Position numbers and translations under genes: made by a program. The notes beneath the pieces were generated by a model. The model was given only the letters and a program-made list of their open reading frames with translations, ran no database searches and was not told the DNA's origin. Positions 42,677 through 52,972 of a stretch of DNA of 64,000 nt are shown here, in pieces. Origin of the DNA: an uncultured bacterium (GTDB lineage: Bacteria > Verrucomicrobiota > Verrucomicrobiia > Limisphaerales > UBA8199); contig CAVVMW010000018.1 of the NCBI GenBank assembly GCA_963749495.1, forward strand, positions 1-64,000. The letters are read 5' to 3'. The number at the start of each line of letters is the position of its first letter. Position 1 is the stretch's first letter.

Positions 42677-43888
42677 TCAGTGAGTTGCTGCTGAGGCGTA
42701 AATCAACCCGCCGCCGCGCGGAATATTTATCCGGACAGTGGCGGCGCTGGACGCCAATGTGCCCGAATCATTGTAGCCGGTTGCACTGACCGGCCACCCA
42801 CTGACTGGCTTGACGCTCACGGTGATGAGAGTGTGCACCGGCAGATTCGCGCAACTCACGGTAATGGGAATGGGATCATTTTGCTGCGCGGACAGAATGG
42901 CATCGGGAGTGACGAGTAATCCCGTAGGAGAAGGTGAGACGGGGACGCCGCCAATACTGGTAATGGTCAATTGCGCTGCTTGTCCCGCTGTCGGAAGGAT
43001 GATTGGCTGAAAACCCTCGGAGAGAATGCCGCTAATCCCACCAGCGAAAGTGTCCTGAAACGCGTCAACCCTCACGCGGCCTGCCCCGCCTGCGGCAGGA
43101 CCACCGCCGCCAGTTGCCCTTATCATGCCGGCTCCGCCGAGGCTCGATGTGACCAGTCTTATCGCCCCACCACTCCCGCCCCCGCCGCTGTAGTAGAAAC
43201 CGTCACCGCCGCTGTAGACAGCGGCCGAACCGCCAAGAGCGTTGATCTGTCCGTTCAACCGGATCCCGTTCGACGTGGCGATCAGAATCCCGCCGCCGCC
43301 GCCCCCGCCGCCGTAGCCACTGCACCCACCCCCTCCGGAGCCGCCGATCAGAGGGAGTAAAAAGGAGTTTCCATAAACTTGGCCGGCGAGGCCTCCGCCA
43401 TTGCCATTCCCGCCTTGAGACCCAAACGACCCGCCTCCAGCAACACCCCAGTTTTGACTCGTGCTCAGACCACCACCTCCTGGGCCCTGACCCGACCTAG
43501 GAGGACTGCCGCCACCGCCTCCAGCCCAGCCGCCGGGTCCCCCAGAACCACCGTTGGGCCCGCTGGCGTTTTGTCCACATACATCAACTGTCCCGTTGAT
43601 GACGACGTTACCTTGCACGAGCCAGAAGACCGGCGTGTTATTGGCGTTCGGGATAAACGTCACGGTAACGTTGGTGGGGATATTGACGGACGTGTATTGG
43701 TAGATACCATTCGGGTGGTCCGCCATGTTGATAACTCTGTTTGCTGTTGGGCTAAGGGCCAAGTCGCTGCCATCACTGCCAGTGTTAACCTGCGCCAAGC
43801 AGGCGATTGGGAGCAACAGGAGGACGAATAGACAGAGGAAATGCCTGCTCACGATCCGACCGGCCAACTGATCAATTTGGTTTTTCAT
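42677..43888 (-). CDS. Secreted glycine-rich protein
   Basis: Signal peptide, TGSDGSD, YQYTSVNIP, repeated GGSGGG/GGAI motifs. Confidence 0.75.
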   Translation of the reverse strand: MKNQIDQLAGRIVSRHFLCLFVLLLLPIACLAQVNTGSDGSDLALSPTANRVINMADHPNGIYQYTSVNIPTNVTVTFIPNANNTPVFWLVQGNVVINGTVDVCGQNASGPNGGSGGPGGWAGGGGGSPPRSGQGPGGGGLSTSQNWGVAGGGSFGSQGGNGNGGGLAGQVYGNSFLLPLIGGSGGGGCSGYGGGGGGGGILIATSNGIRLNGQINALGGSAAVYSGGDGFYYSGGGGSGGAIRLVTSSLGGAGMIRATGGGGPAAGGAGRVRVDAFQDTFAGGISGILSEGFQPIILPTAGQAAQLTITSIGGVPVSPSPTGLLVTPDAILSAQQNDPIPITVSCANLPVHTLITVSVKPVSGWPVSATGYNDSGTLASSAATVRINIPRGGGLIYASAATH

Positions 43889-44351
43889 AATCGTTCTTTC
43901 TTTCGGCCTATGCGCAGCGGGGGGCGAAATCCTGCGCGGGACGGGCTGGAAGCGGGGATGAAAGTGCTCGCGAGGGCCTGCATGTCACCGTGGTTGCGCG
44001 GTGGCTCAGGTCTCCAGCGTGCCAGTTGGAATGGCGCATTCGCACAACGTTTCCTCTTGAGCAGTTCCAATTGGGGCGCAGATGTGCTGGGGTGTCAAGA
44101 GCATTTTCGCTTATTTTTCAACATTCAGGCGGTCCGATCCGCCGGGACGTTCGCCCGGAGGCCAGGGGCCCCTATTAAGGTAAAGAGGAAACGGCAAGCC
44201 GAGGTTGCAAGGATTCTTCGTGGTCAGCCGGCGCTGCAGGCGCATCTGGACAGCGCCCCCAGCAAAGGCTGCCGACTGCGGGAGCGGAGCCAGCCTTGGC
44301 GTTGGCACGCTGGCGGGCCGCCGCCCTGGGTCCAGCACGCATTCTCTATTG

Positions 44352-44485
44352 CAGGCCAACGGCCTGCGTCATAAAGCCCGGAGAATGAATCGCGCTTTCA
44401 GCGCTCCGGATGATTATTGGCGGCTGTTCCCAGGGCGAGGCCCTTGGCTGGTATGAGCGACGCCTTTGGCGTCCAGACCACGCAC
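44352..44485. repeat. REP-like element, inverted copy of 22846-22975
   Basis: Reverse-complement match. Confidence 0.8.
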
Positions 44486-44589
44486 CGCCGGCTCCCTCAA
44501 GCACCTGAAGAAATCCGTCGGGCGCCCGGGCCGCCAAGCCGCCCGTGATTTGCCTTGCCTCCAGGGTGAGTCTGTCGTAAGCTACGAAT

Positions 44590-45291
44590 ATGGCGACAGC
44601 CGCCGCACCAACCATTGAACCCGCCGCTCCGGCCGCCAAGGCCGCGGAGCCGTTGCTGGAGGCCGGGGATCGGCTCTCACGCGATGAATTCGAGCGCCGC
44701 TACGAGCGCATGCCGCATGTCAAGAAAGCCGAGCTCATCGAAGGAACCGTCTATATGCCCTCGCCTGTCCGTGTCCGCAGACACGCCAAACCACACTGCC
44801 AACTCGCTGCCTGGGTTGCAGGGTATGCCGCTGAAACTCCCGGCGTCGAGTGCGCCGACAACTCGACCGTGCGCTTGGATCTGGACAACGAACCGCAGCC
44901 CGATCTGGTGTTGTTCAAGCTGCCCGCCAGGGGCGGGCAAGCGCGGATCTCGGCAGATGACTACCTCGAAGGAGCGCCCGAACTGGCCGTCGAGATCGTC
45001 GGCAGTTCGCGCTCTTACGACCTGTACCAAAAGAAAGGCGCCTACCGCCGAAACGGAGTGCGCGAGTACGTCGCCTGGATTACAGGCGAACAGCGCCTGG
45101 TCTGGTGGGAATTGAGGGAGGGAGAGTATCAGGAGATTGCCGCAGCGGCCGGCGGCCTGCTCAAGAGCGGCGTGTTTCCCGGTCTGTGGCTCGACGCCGA
45201 GGCCCTGCTGCGCGGCGAAATGAAGACGGTCCTGGCGGCCTTGCGGCGCGGACTGGACAGCCCCGAGCACCGCGCCTTCCTGGCCGGGTGA
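44590..45291 (+). CDS. Uma2-family endonuclease, paralog 2
   Basis: Same length as and highly similar to 38496-39197. Confidence 0.9.
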   Translation: MATAAAPTIEPAAPAAKAAEPLLEAGDRLSRDEFERRYERMPHVKKAELIEGTVYMPSPVRVRRHAKPHCQLAAWVAGYAAETPGVECADNSTVRLDLDNEPQPDLVLFKLPARGGQARISADDYLEGAPELAVEIVGSSRSYDLYQKKGAYRRNGVREYVAWITGEQRLVWWELREGEYQEIAAAAGGLLKSGVFPGLWLDAEALLRGEMKTVLAALRRGLDSPEHRAFLAG

Positions 45292-45499
45292 GCGCGCGCC
45301 CCCGCGATTCCAGATTCTCTCCATGAACCACCGCTCTCCGCAAGGTTTCGGAGTGCGGCAGTCCTCTGCCGCTTTTCGATCCTTTGGCTGGCGGCACGAA
45401 AGCGGCAGAGGACTGCCGCAGTCCAAAACGCAAGCGCGGCAAGCATGCCAGCCCGGTTCATGGTCCCAATGCACCATTCCGAAATCGTGAAGGCTCCCC

Positions 45500-46194
45500 A
45501 TGTTCAAACCAGCGGATCTGTTTGATTTGAGCCGGACCGAGCACGCGGCGATTTTCGACGGGTGCGAGTATGCCTGGGACGCGCTCAAGCAGATAGGCCC
45601 CTACCTGCAGGCGCACCTTCGGCCCGGCCTGCACAACCGTTGCGAGGGCGTGGCCTACGTCGGCGAACGAGTGTTTATCGGCGAGGGGACCGTCCTCGAG
45701 GACGGGGTGATGATCAAAGGCCCGGCGATCATCGGCCGGAACTGCCAGATTCGGCACAACGCTTACATTCGCGAGCAGGTGATCATCGGCGACCACTGCA
45801 CCGTCGGCAACTCGTGCGAGTTGAAGAACGCGCTCCTGTTCAACGACGCCATGGCGCCGCACTTCAATTACGTCGGCGACTCCATCCTCGGCTGGAAGGC
45901 GCACCTGGGGGCGGGCGCGAAATCTCCAACCTGAAAGTGGTCCCCGGCAATATCACGGTGCAAATCGAGGGCCGGCCATTCGACACGGGCCTGCGCAAAT
46001 TCGGGGCCCTCCTGGGCGACCAGAGCGAGGTGGGCTGCAACGCCGTGCTCAACCCGGGCAGCATTGTCGGGCGTTGCGCCATCATTTACCCGAACACGAA
46101 TTGGCGCGGCTTTCTGCCCGCCAACGCGATCGCCAAGAATAAGGCAGTTGTCGAAGTGGTGACACGCACTGAAAGGCTAAAGGCTGAAGGCTAA
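45500..46194 (+). CDS. GlmU-like left-handed beta-helix acyltransferase protein (frameshift near 45920)
   Basis: [63 protein letters not shown]. Confidence 0.85.
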
Positions 46195-46343
46195 AGGCTA
46201 AAGTAGAAGAGCGTTGGTGGCCGGAAGCGAAGTGAAGGCGGGAAGGCTTTGGACGCCGTTCCTAACAGGTCGGCAAGCACGGTATTCCCCCGGCTCTCTT
46301 TAGCCTTTAGCCTTTAGCCTTTAGCCTTTAGCCTTTAGCCTTT
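46169..46343. repeat. Inverted heptamer arrays (GGCTAAA)n ... (TTTAGCC)n
   Basis: About 5 units at 46169-46203 and about 6 complementary units at 46298-46343. Confidence 0.85.
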
Positions 46344-46349
46344 AATCTG

Positions 46350-48523
46350 ATGATCAGCGTTATTGACAGCCAGCCTGCCGGCGCTGGCCAGGAGTTGGCC
46401 AGACAGGTCGAGGCGATCTTTTCGCCTGGCGGCATTTTGTCGCGCTCGCCCAACTTCGAGTATCGTCCCCAGCAGCAGCAGATGGCGGTCGCGGTGGCGC
46501 GGGCGCTGGAGCAGCGGGGACACTTGGCAGTCGAGGCCGGCACGGGCGTGGGCAAGAGCATGGCCTACCTGGTGCCGGCCATCCTGTTTGCCCGGGCCAA
46601 CAAGAAGCGGGCGGTCATCTCCACGCACACAATCAACCTCCAGGAGCAGCTCTTCGGCAAGGACCTGCCGGTGCTCCAGCGGGCGCTCAGGGAGCTGGAC
46701 GTGGATTTCAGTTTCACGATGCTCAAGGGCCGGGCCAATTACCTGTGTACGCGCCGCCTGCAACGGGCGATGCAGCAATCGGGCAGTCTCTTCACCTCGC
46801 CCGAGGCGGAGGAACTCCAGCGGATCTATGAATGGTCCAAGACCACTGCTGACGGCAGCCTGTCTGACTTCGACGTCGAGCCGGACCCGAAGGTCTGGGC
46901 CCAGGTCTGCTCCGAGCGCGGCCTCTGCTCGCCCAAGACCTGCGGCCACCAGTCCGATTTCGCCAAGTCCCACGACGTGTGCTTCTTCCAGCGGGCGCGC
47001 CAGCGCATCCTTGCCTCGGATGTCCTGGTGCTCAACCACACGCTGTTCTTCACGCTGCTGGGCAGCCTCGAGGAGAAGCCCCAGGGCGGCGTCCTGTTCC
47101 GTAACGACTTCCTGGTCTTTGACGAGGCGCACCAGATGGAGCGCGTGGCCTCCAAGCACATCGGGCTGAGCCTCTCCAGCGGGCAGGTCCGCTACGCCTT
47201 GCAGCGGCTGTGGAACCCGCGCACCGAGAAGGGCCTGCTGGCCACCCTGCGCCAGGGGGCGGCGGTCAAACTCGTGGCCGACCTCCTCGCCCAGGCCGAC
47301 CAGTTCTTCAACAACGTCGAGGCGGCCTGTGAAGAAATCCAGCAATCCTCACGGAAACGGAGCTTTGGCGGGGGCGAACGGGAACTGCGGCGGCGCGACT
47401 GGACCGAACTGCGGATTCGCAAGCCCGACCTGGTCCACGACAACGTCACCCTGCCCATCCAGCGCCTGCGCGAGGCGGTCAGCGACTCGATCAAGATGAG
47501 CGACGACAAGGAGATGGGGTCGGAACTCATGGAGTGCAACCGGCGCCTGGGCAACCTGCGCGAGGAGGTGGCCATGTTCCTGAGCCAAAGCGCCGAGGGC
47601 CATGTCTATTGGGTCGAGCGCAGCGGGCGGGGCCAGAGGCTGCTCGCGCTCAATGCCGCCCCGATCGACGTGGCCGAGGTACTTGCGCCGGCGGCTCTTC
47701 GGCAGCCAGACCTCGGTCATCATGACCAGCGCCACGCTGGCGACCAAGGCGGAGCCTGCGCCGGGGCAAACGCCCCGGGCTGCCCCAGGCGCCGGCGGCC
47801 CGTCCGCCGGAAAACCGCGGCCGCCGGGCAAGCGGGAGGCCGGGGCGTCCCCCCTGCTCTATTTTGCCCGGCGCATCGGCGCCGAGGCCGCGACCATGCT
47901 CCAGGCAGGCACCCCATTCGATTACCAGCGCCAGATGAAACTCTATGTCGCGGGAAAAATGCCCGACCCCCGCGACGAGGGATACCGGGACGCGCTCATC
48001 CACTGGATCGGCCATTTCATCCGGCTCACCCACGGCAAGGCCTTCGTCCTGTTCACCAACTTCAAGCTCATGCTCGAGGTGGGCGAACTGATGGAGCCGT
48101 TCTTCGACGGCCTGGGCATCGCCTGCTTCGTCCAGGGCACCGGCACGCCCCGCTCGCTCATGCTCGAAAAATTCAAGGACGACATCAATTCCGTCCTCTT
48201 CGGCGCCGACAGCTTTTGGCAAGGCGTGGACGTGCCCGGCGAGGCCCTCTCCAACGTCATCATCACGCGCCTGCCCTTTGCCGTGCCCGACCATCCCCTC
48301 ATCGAGGCCCGCCTCGAGGCCATCGAGGCCCGCGGCGGCGATTCCTTCCGCGAGTTCTCCCTCCCCGAGGCCATCCTCAAATTCCGCCAGGGCGTCGGGC
48401 GGCTCATCCGCACCAGGACCGACACCGGCATCGTTGTCGGTACTGGACAATCGTGTGCTGACCAAGCAATACGGCCAGGCCTTCATCAACGCCCTGCCCA
48501 AGTGCCCGCTCGAGGTCGTGTAG
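46350..48523 (+). CDS. dinG: DinG/YoaA-family Fe-S helicase (frameshifts near 47685 and 48440)
   Basis: EAGTGVGKS, KGRANYLC, FDEAH; TSATL, PFDY, SFWQGVDVPG, RLPF, QGVGRLIR, VLDNR. Confidence 0.9.
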
Positions 48524-48577
48524 TCCGCAGACTGTGGACTGTGGACCGTGGACTGTGGACTGTGGACCGTGGACTCC

Positions 48578-49702
48578 TCACCACAATTCCACGGGCCCCC
48601 TGGGCACAGGAACACCCTGCCCCGCGGTGCCGGCCTCGTCATTCCGCACTCCGCATTCCGCACTCCGCACTTCCTCCAGCGGCGGGGGGCGGAACCGCGG
48701 TTTGAGTTCGCCGCGCTCATCCAGAAACTGCTGCCGCCATTTCACGTAGTCCGCCAGCACGACCTCGAACTGCGCCCGCGTGGCAACAAGGACCACGTTC
48801 CTGTTGAACTGGTTGGCCGGGCCGAAACGCCGCGCGTGCCACGGCGCAGCTTTGCGGAACATGCGGCATCCGTGCGCCTCGCCGAAGACCTCAATCATCA
48901 GGTCCAGGTGCCGGCGCATCACCCGCAACCGCTCCTCGAAGGGCGGCTCGGGCAGCACCTCCCCGGTCCGGAGGTAGTGCTGCGTGTGCGCGAAGATCCA
49001 CGGGTTGTAAAACGCCCCGCGCCCGATGCTCACCCCCGCGCAGCCGGTCTGCTCGACCATCATCCGAGCCGCCTGCGGCGTGGTCACGTCCCCGTTGCCG
49101 ATGACCGGGATTGTCTTCACCGCCTCGACCACAGCCCGGATGCCCCCGAGGTTGACCGTGCCGCCAAACCCCTGCTGGCGCGTCCGGCCGTGGACGAAGA
49201 CCGCCGCCGCACCCGCTCCCTCCAGCGCGCGGGCCAACTCCGGGGCCGTGAGGTTCTCCTCGTCCCACCCCAGCCGCATCTTGGCCGTGACCGGTATTTT
49301 GACCGCCTCGACCATTCCCCGGACCAGCCCGGCCGTCTTGGCCAGCTCCGTCATCATGGCCGAGCCGCCCCCGACCCGGCACACCTTGCGCACCGGGCAA
49401 CCCATGTTGACGTCCACCGAGGCGGCCCCCAGAGACTCGAGCAGCGCCGCCGCGTCCCGCATCTCCTCGGGCACGCCGCCGAACAACTGGACCGCCAGGG
49501 GCCGGTCCGCGGGCCGGGTCTCGATCAGCTTGAGGGCCTTGGACTTTTTCTCCAGGAGCGAGCGGGCGTTGACCAGGTCCGTCGTGGCCATGCCCACCCC
49601 GCCCACCTCCCGCACCACCAGCCGGAACGGCAGGTTGGTGTAACCCGCCAACGGCGAGAGAAACAGGTTGGAGGACAATGTCAGCGAACCGATCCGCATC
49701 AT
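48578..49702 (-). CDS. dusB: tRNA-dihydrouridine synthase B
   Basis: LSPLAGYT, VQLFG, DVNMGCPV.KV, VHGRTR, GNGDV, IGRGA. Confidence 0.9.
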   Translation of the reverse strand: MMRIGSLTLSSNLFLSPLAGYTNLPFRLVVREVGGVGMATTDLVNARSLLEKKSKALKLIETRPADRPLAVQLFGGVPEEMRDAAALLESLGAASVDVNMGCPVRKVCRVGGGSAMMTELAKTAGLVRGMVEAVKIPVTAKMRLGWDEENLTAPELARALEGAGAAAVFVHGRTRQQGFGGTVNLGGIRAVVEAVKTIPVIGNGDVTTPQAARMMVEQTGCAGVSIGRGAFYNPWIFAHTQHYLRTGEVLPEPPFEERLRVMRRHLDLMIEVFGEAHGCRMFRKAAPWHARRFGPANQFNRNVVLVATRAQFEVVLADYVKWRQQFLDERGELKPRFRPPPLEEVRSAECGVRNDEAGTAGQGVPVPRGPVELW

Positions 49703-49844
49703 GCTTCTGGAGTTTGGTGATGAGCGCCGTGCAACAGCAGAGAAAAATTACCAAATCAAATGAGCATCTGCAAACCGACTTTGCCGGGCAGGGGCCGCGG
49801 GGGTGTGAGACAGGATTCTTCTCGGACCTCCAGATCGCAACTCT

Positions 49845-50058
49845 CAGAGCCGATCTGGGTCTTCGATCCTTCGTTTCCTTCGTTTCCTTCTGTTCTTTTC
49901 CTGCATCCCGCCGGCTGGGCACGGGAACAGAACAGAAGGAAACGAAGCAAACGAAGAGGTGGCCTGATGCGGGGGCATCAACCGGGTCCGTGCCAGTTCG
50001 TATCTGGATTCCTGGATACTCTTCGTGACCAAAGCCTGGCAAAACCATTTTGTGAAGA
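49845..50058. repeat. GGAAACGAA-arm REP-like element, copy 3
   Basis: Matches the copies at 9926 and 24745. Confidence 0.8.
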
Positions 50059-50259
50059 TTCTTGTCCTGCGCCGGGGCCGCGGAGGGCCTGTCGGCACTG
50101 CCCCTGCCGGACGGGGCGCGGTGGGAGCGCGCCCCTCCTTGGGCGCGCTCAGGGGGCAGTGCCGAGAGCCCCCCCAAGGGCCGAAGGCCCGTCATGTCAT
50201 AGCCCGGGCTGAAGTAGAGCGGAGGCCCGGCCTGCAGGCGCGTGGAACGGCGCCCCGCC

Positions 50260-50505
50260 TCATGGGCGTCTCCGTCTGCAAATCCGCTCTGCTTGTGCGA
50301 CCAGATCGGCCAACGAGACGCCCAGAGCATCGGCGATGGCTTTGGCCACGTTGATGCTGGGATTGCGGAGCGACCGCTCGATCAACCCGACGTGGGTGGG
50401 GTGAATGTCGGCTTTCTCGGCCAGCTTCTCCTGCGACATGCCCAAGGCCTTGCGGCGCTCTTTGAGCACGGCGGCGAACGCCCGGGACATTTCCATCTTG
50501 CGCAT
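50260..50505 (-). CDS. XRE HTH regulator resembling R-M controller (C) proteins
   Basis: RRKALGMSQEKLAEKADIHPTHVGLIERSLRNPS; divergent from a DNA methyltransferase. Confidence 0.8.
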   Translation of the reverse strand: MRKMEMSRAFAAVLKERRKALGMSQEKLAEKADIHPTHVGLIERSLRNPSINVAKAIADALGVSLADLVAQAERICRRRRP

Positions 50506-50720
50506 GCCGGCGATTCTGCCGCGATGGGCACTCCCGACCACAGACAATAGTCTCGAATAAAATGTTGACATTGGCAAAAGGGTCTGGAAAAATGCGCTGT
50601 GAACCGCAAACGGAAGTCAGAATGACCCGGTTAGGCGGCGAGGACTCGCTCGGAACGGTCCCCTGCTGAAGCCGCTTGACGAAGCCGGTCATCTGGCGTC
50701 CGATTACGGAAAACGTGGTG

Positions 50721-51395
50721 ATGGACAGAGCGCTCAAACCGAAGAAGACGAGCCGGGTTGCCAGCGGCGTGGCAACCAACGAACTCGTTTTTTCCGCGCA
50801 CATCGGGACAAATGACGAAGTGTTCCCGGAGGTGGCAAAACTCTATATTCCCGCCGGGTCCTCGGTTGCCGATGTCACCTACGGGCGCGGGGTCTTCTGG
50901 AAGGGCCTCGATGTTTCGCAATTCGATTTCCATCCAACGGATTTGAACGAGGGCATTGACTCCCGGGCGTTGCCCTACAAAGTGCGGTCTTTCGACGTGG
51001 TGGTCTTTGACCCCCCGTACATGCACACGCCGGGGGGCACGGCGCACAACGGGCACCAGAACTTCGAGCAGTACTACCAGAACAATTCGGCCGCGAGTCC
51101 GGGCAAAAAGTACCACGAAGCGGTTTTAGACCTCTATTTCAGGTCCGCCCGCGAGGCCTACCGCGTTTTGAGAGAGGAGGGAATCTACATCGTGAAATGC
51201 CAGGATGAAGTTTGCGCGAACCAGCAACGCCTCACGCACGTCGAGATCATCAACGAACTGGCCGAAATCGGGTTCCTGGCGGAAGACCTTTTTGTCGTGG
51301 TGCGGCGCAACAAGCCCGGAGTGAGCCGGATTCTGAAGCAACTCCACGCCCCGGAAGAATCATTCTTATTTCCTGGTCTTCAGGAAGTCGTCTAA
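50721..51395 (+). CDS. Amino (N4C/N6A) DNA methyltransferase; probable frameshift near 51350, true end uncertain
   Basis: [38 protein letters not shown]; shifted frame restores [12 protein letters not shown]. Confidence 0.8.
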   Translation: MDRALKPKKTSRVASGVATNELVFSAHIGTNDEVFPEVAKLYIPAGSSVADVTYGRGVFWKGLDVSQFDFHPTDLNEGIDSRALPYKVRSFDVVVFDPPYMHTPGGTAHNGHQNFEQYYQNNSAASPGKKYHEAVLDLYFRSAREAYRVLREEGIYIVKCQDEVCANQQRLTHVEIINELAEIGFLAEDLFVVVRRNKPGVSRILKQLHAPEESFLFPGLQEVV

Positions 51396-51468
51396 GACAA
51401 GGTATCCGCTTCTAAGAAAAACTCGCCGAAAGGCCGCACGTGCAGCGGAGGAAAAACCTGATTCAGAA

Positions 51469-51786
51469 ATGACAATGAAACCATTCATTCCGCAGAAGTT
51501 GCGGCCCTGGATCGAGGCCCGCCGGAGATTTCACTTGAGCCATGCTCAAGTCCAAATGGCCAGGGAGTTGGGGATGAACCCCAAGAAGCTTGGCCACCTC
51601 AATAATCACAAGCAGGAACCCTGGAAACTGCCGCTGCCTCAGTTCATCCAGAGATGCTACTTGAAGCGATTCGGCAGACCCCAGCCCGAGGACTCGAGAC
51701 CCATCGAGGCCAAAATGGCCGAACGCGCTGCTAAAAAGGCGGCCAGCAGGGCCGCTCGCCAGCCGACGGTGGACTGTCCCTTTTAG
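51469..51786 (+). CDS. Small hypothetical protein (HTH-like)
   Basis: WIEARRRFHLSHAQVQMARELGMNPKKL..NHKQEPWKLPLP.FI. Confidence 0.7.
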   Translation: MTMKPFIPQKLRPWIEARRRFHLSHAQVQMARELGMNPKKLGHLNNHKQEPWKLPLPQFIQRCYLKRFGRPQPEDSRPIEAKMAERAAKKAASRAARQPTVDCPF

Positions 51787-51788
51787 GC

Positions 51789-52771
51789 TCACCTCCCCGG
51801 CAGCTTTTGGCGCACCTGGCTGAGGAGGGCTTGGAGCTGCTGGCTGCCGGGATCGGCCTGGGCGGCGGCCTGGGCCACGGGGAGGGCATCCTGCCAGCGC
51901 TGTTGCCCGGCCAAGAGGCCGATATAGTTGAAGACGGCCTCCGGGTTGTAGGGGCAGATCTCAAGGGCGATGCGATAGGCCTGTTCGGCCTGGGCGCCGT
52001 ACTGGTGATCGGCCAGCAGGTTCGCCTGGGCCACCGCCATTTTCGAGTATGTCCTGCGCGCTGGGGAATCCGGCGCGGCCTCGGCATCCGAAGAGAGGTC
52101 CTGCGCGACGTTGCGCCAGTAATCGACGGCCTGGGCGGCGGTTTGCGCGGTGAGGGCGTCTTGCGGGTCCGAAGCGCGCAGCTCCATCAACGGACCCAGC
52201 AGGGAGGCGCCGGCGTAGGTGCTCTTGAGCGGAAACGATTCTTCCAGGGCGAAGGCGAGGTCGGGGTTCTTGTCCATGATCGCCTGCAGCAGCCGCTCGT
52301 TGATCGCCATGACCGCGACTTGGCCGGACACCAGAACCCCTCCCGTCGTAAGGTTCCACGAGAATTGAGTTCCTCCCAGCGCCCCGCTTCGACGGCATCG
52401 AAAAACTGCTCGACCTGGCCCGGCACGGAGATCCTCAATCGCTGCGCCATGGCGCGCGTGATCTTGCGCCGGCTCTGCGCGAACTGGCTGACTTTGCCGG
52501 CCACGATTTCCTCCGCCGTCAGGCCGGCCGGCGGCGTCGAAGACTGCCGCAGTGGGCGCCCGCCTCCGGTTGCGGAGGCGCCGCCTGCCCCGCTTGGGGC
52601 CGGTGCGTTCACGGACAGGGCGCTCTTCCCTGGAAGCTGCGCGCGGCGAGGCAGGAGGACCGCCAGGAAAATGACCAAGAGGCCGCCCAAACCTATCAGC
52701 CGCCACCAGCCGGGGCGGCGGCCGCAATCTCCTGCCAACTCGCGTGCAGGCTCTGGACCGGGCTTTTGCAC
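51789..52771 (-). pseudogene. Membrane-anchored TPR protein, frameshifted and probably internally deleted near 52350
   Basis: N-terminal TM and FFDAVEAGRW in one frame; SGQVAVMAIN..EESFPL..AEQAYRIALEICPYNPEA TPR in another. Confidence 0.55.
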
Positions 52772-52881
52772 AAATGAACAGGTTGCTGCTTTACTCTATG
52801 GACACCGGAGCCCGCACGATTTGTGTGGCGGTCCTCGCTCTTTTCATAGACCTAAATCGAACCACCCAACATTGGCAGAAC

Positions 52882-52961
52882 CCTTATCGCAGCCTTTGTC
52901 GGGTCCTTTGTCGAGAATTGGGGCCTTCGACAAAGGTCCCGACAAAGGCTGCGACGAAGGT
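52882..52961. repeat. Palindrome of 12-bp units (CCTTTGTCG)n/(CGACAAAGG)n
   Basis: Directly visible downstream of the AraC gene stop. Confidence 0.7.
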
Positions 52962-52972
52962 CCAAAAACAGA

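Noticed and set aside
38668..44863. Diversity-generating retroelement behind the Uma2 variable patch
   Set aside because: Differences occur at all bases and include many synonymous changes, not adenine-specific ones; no reverse transcriptase in the window
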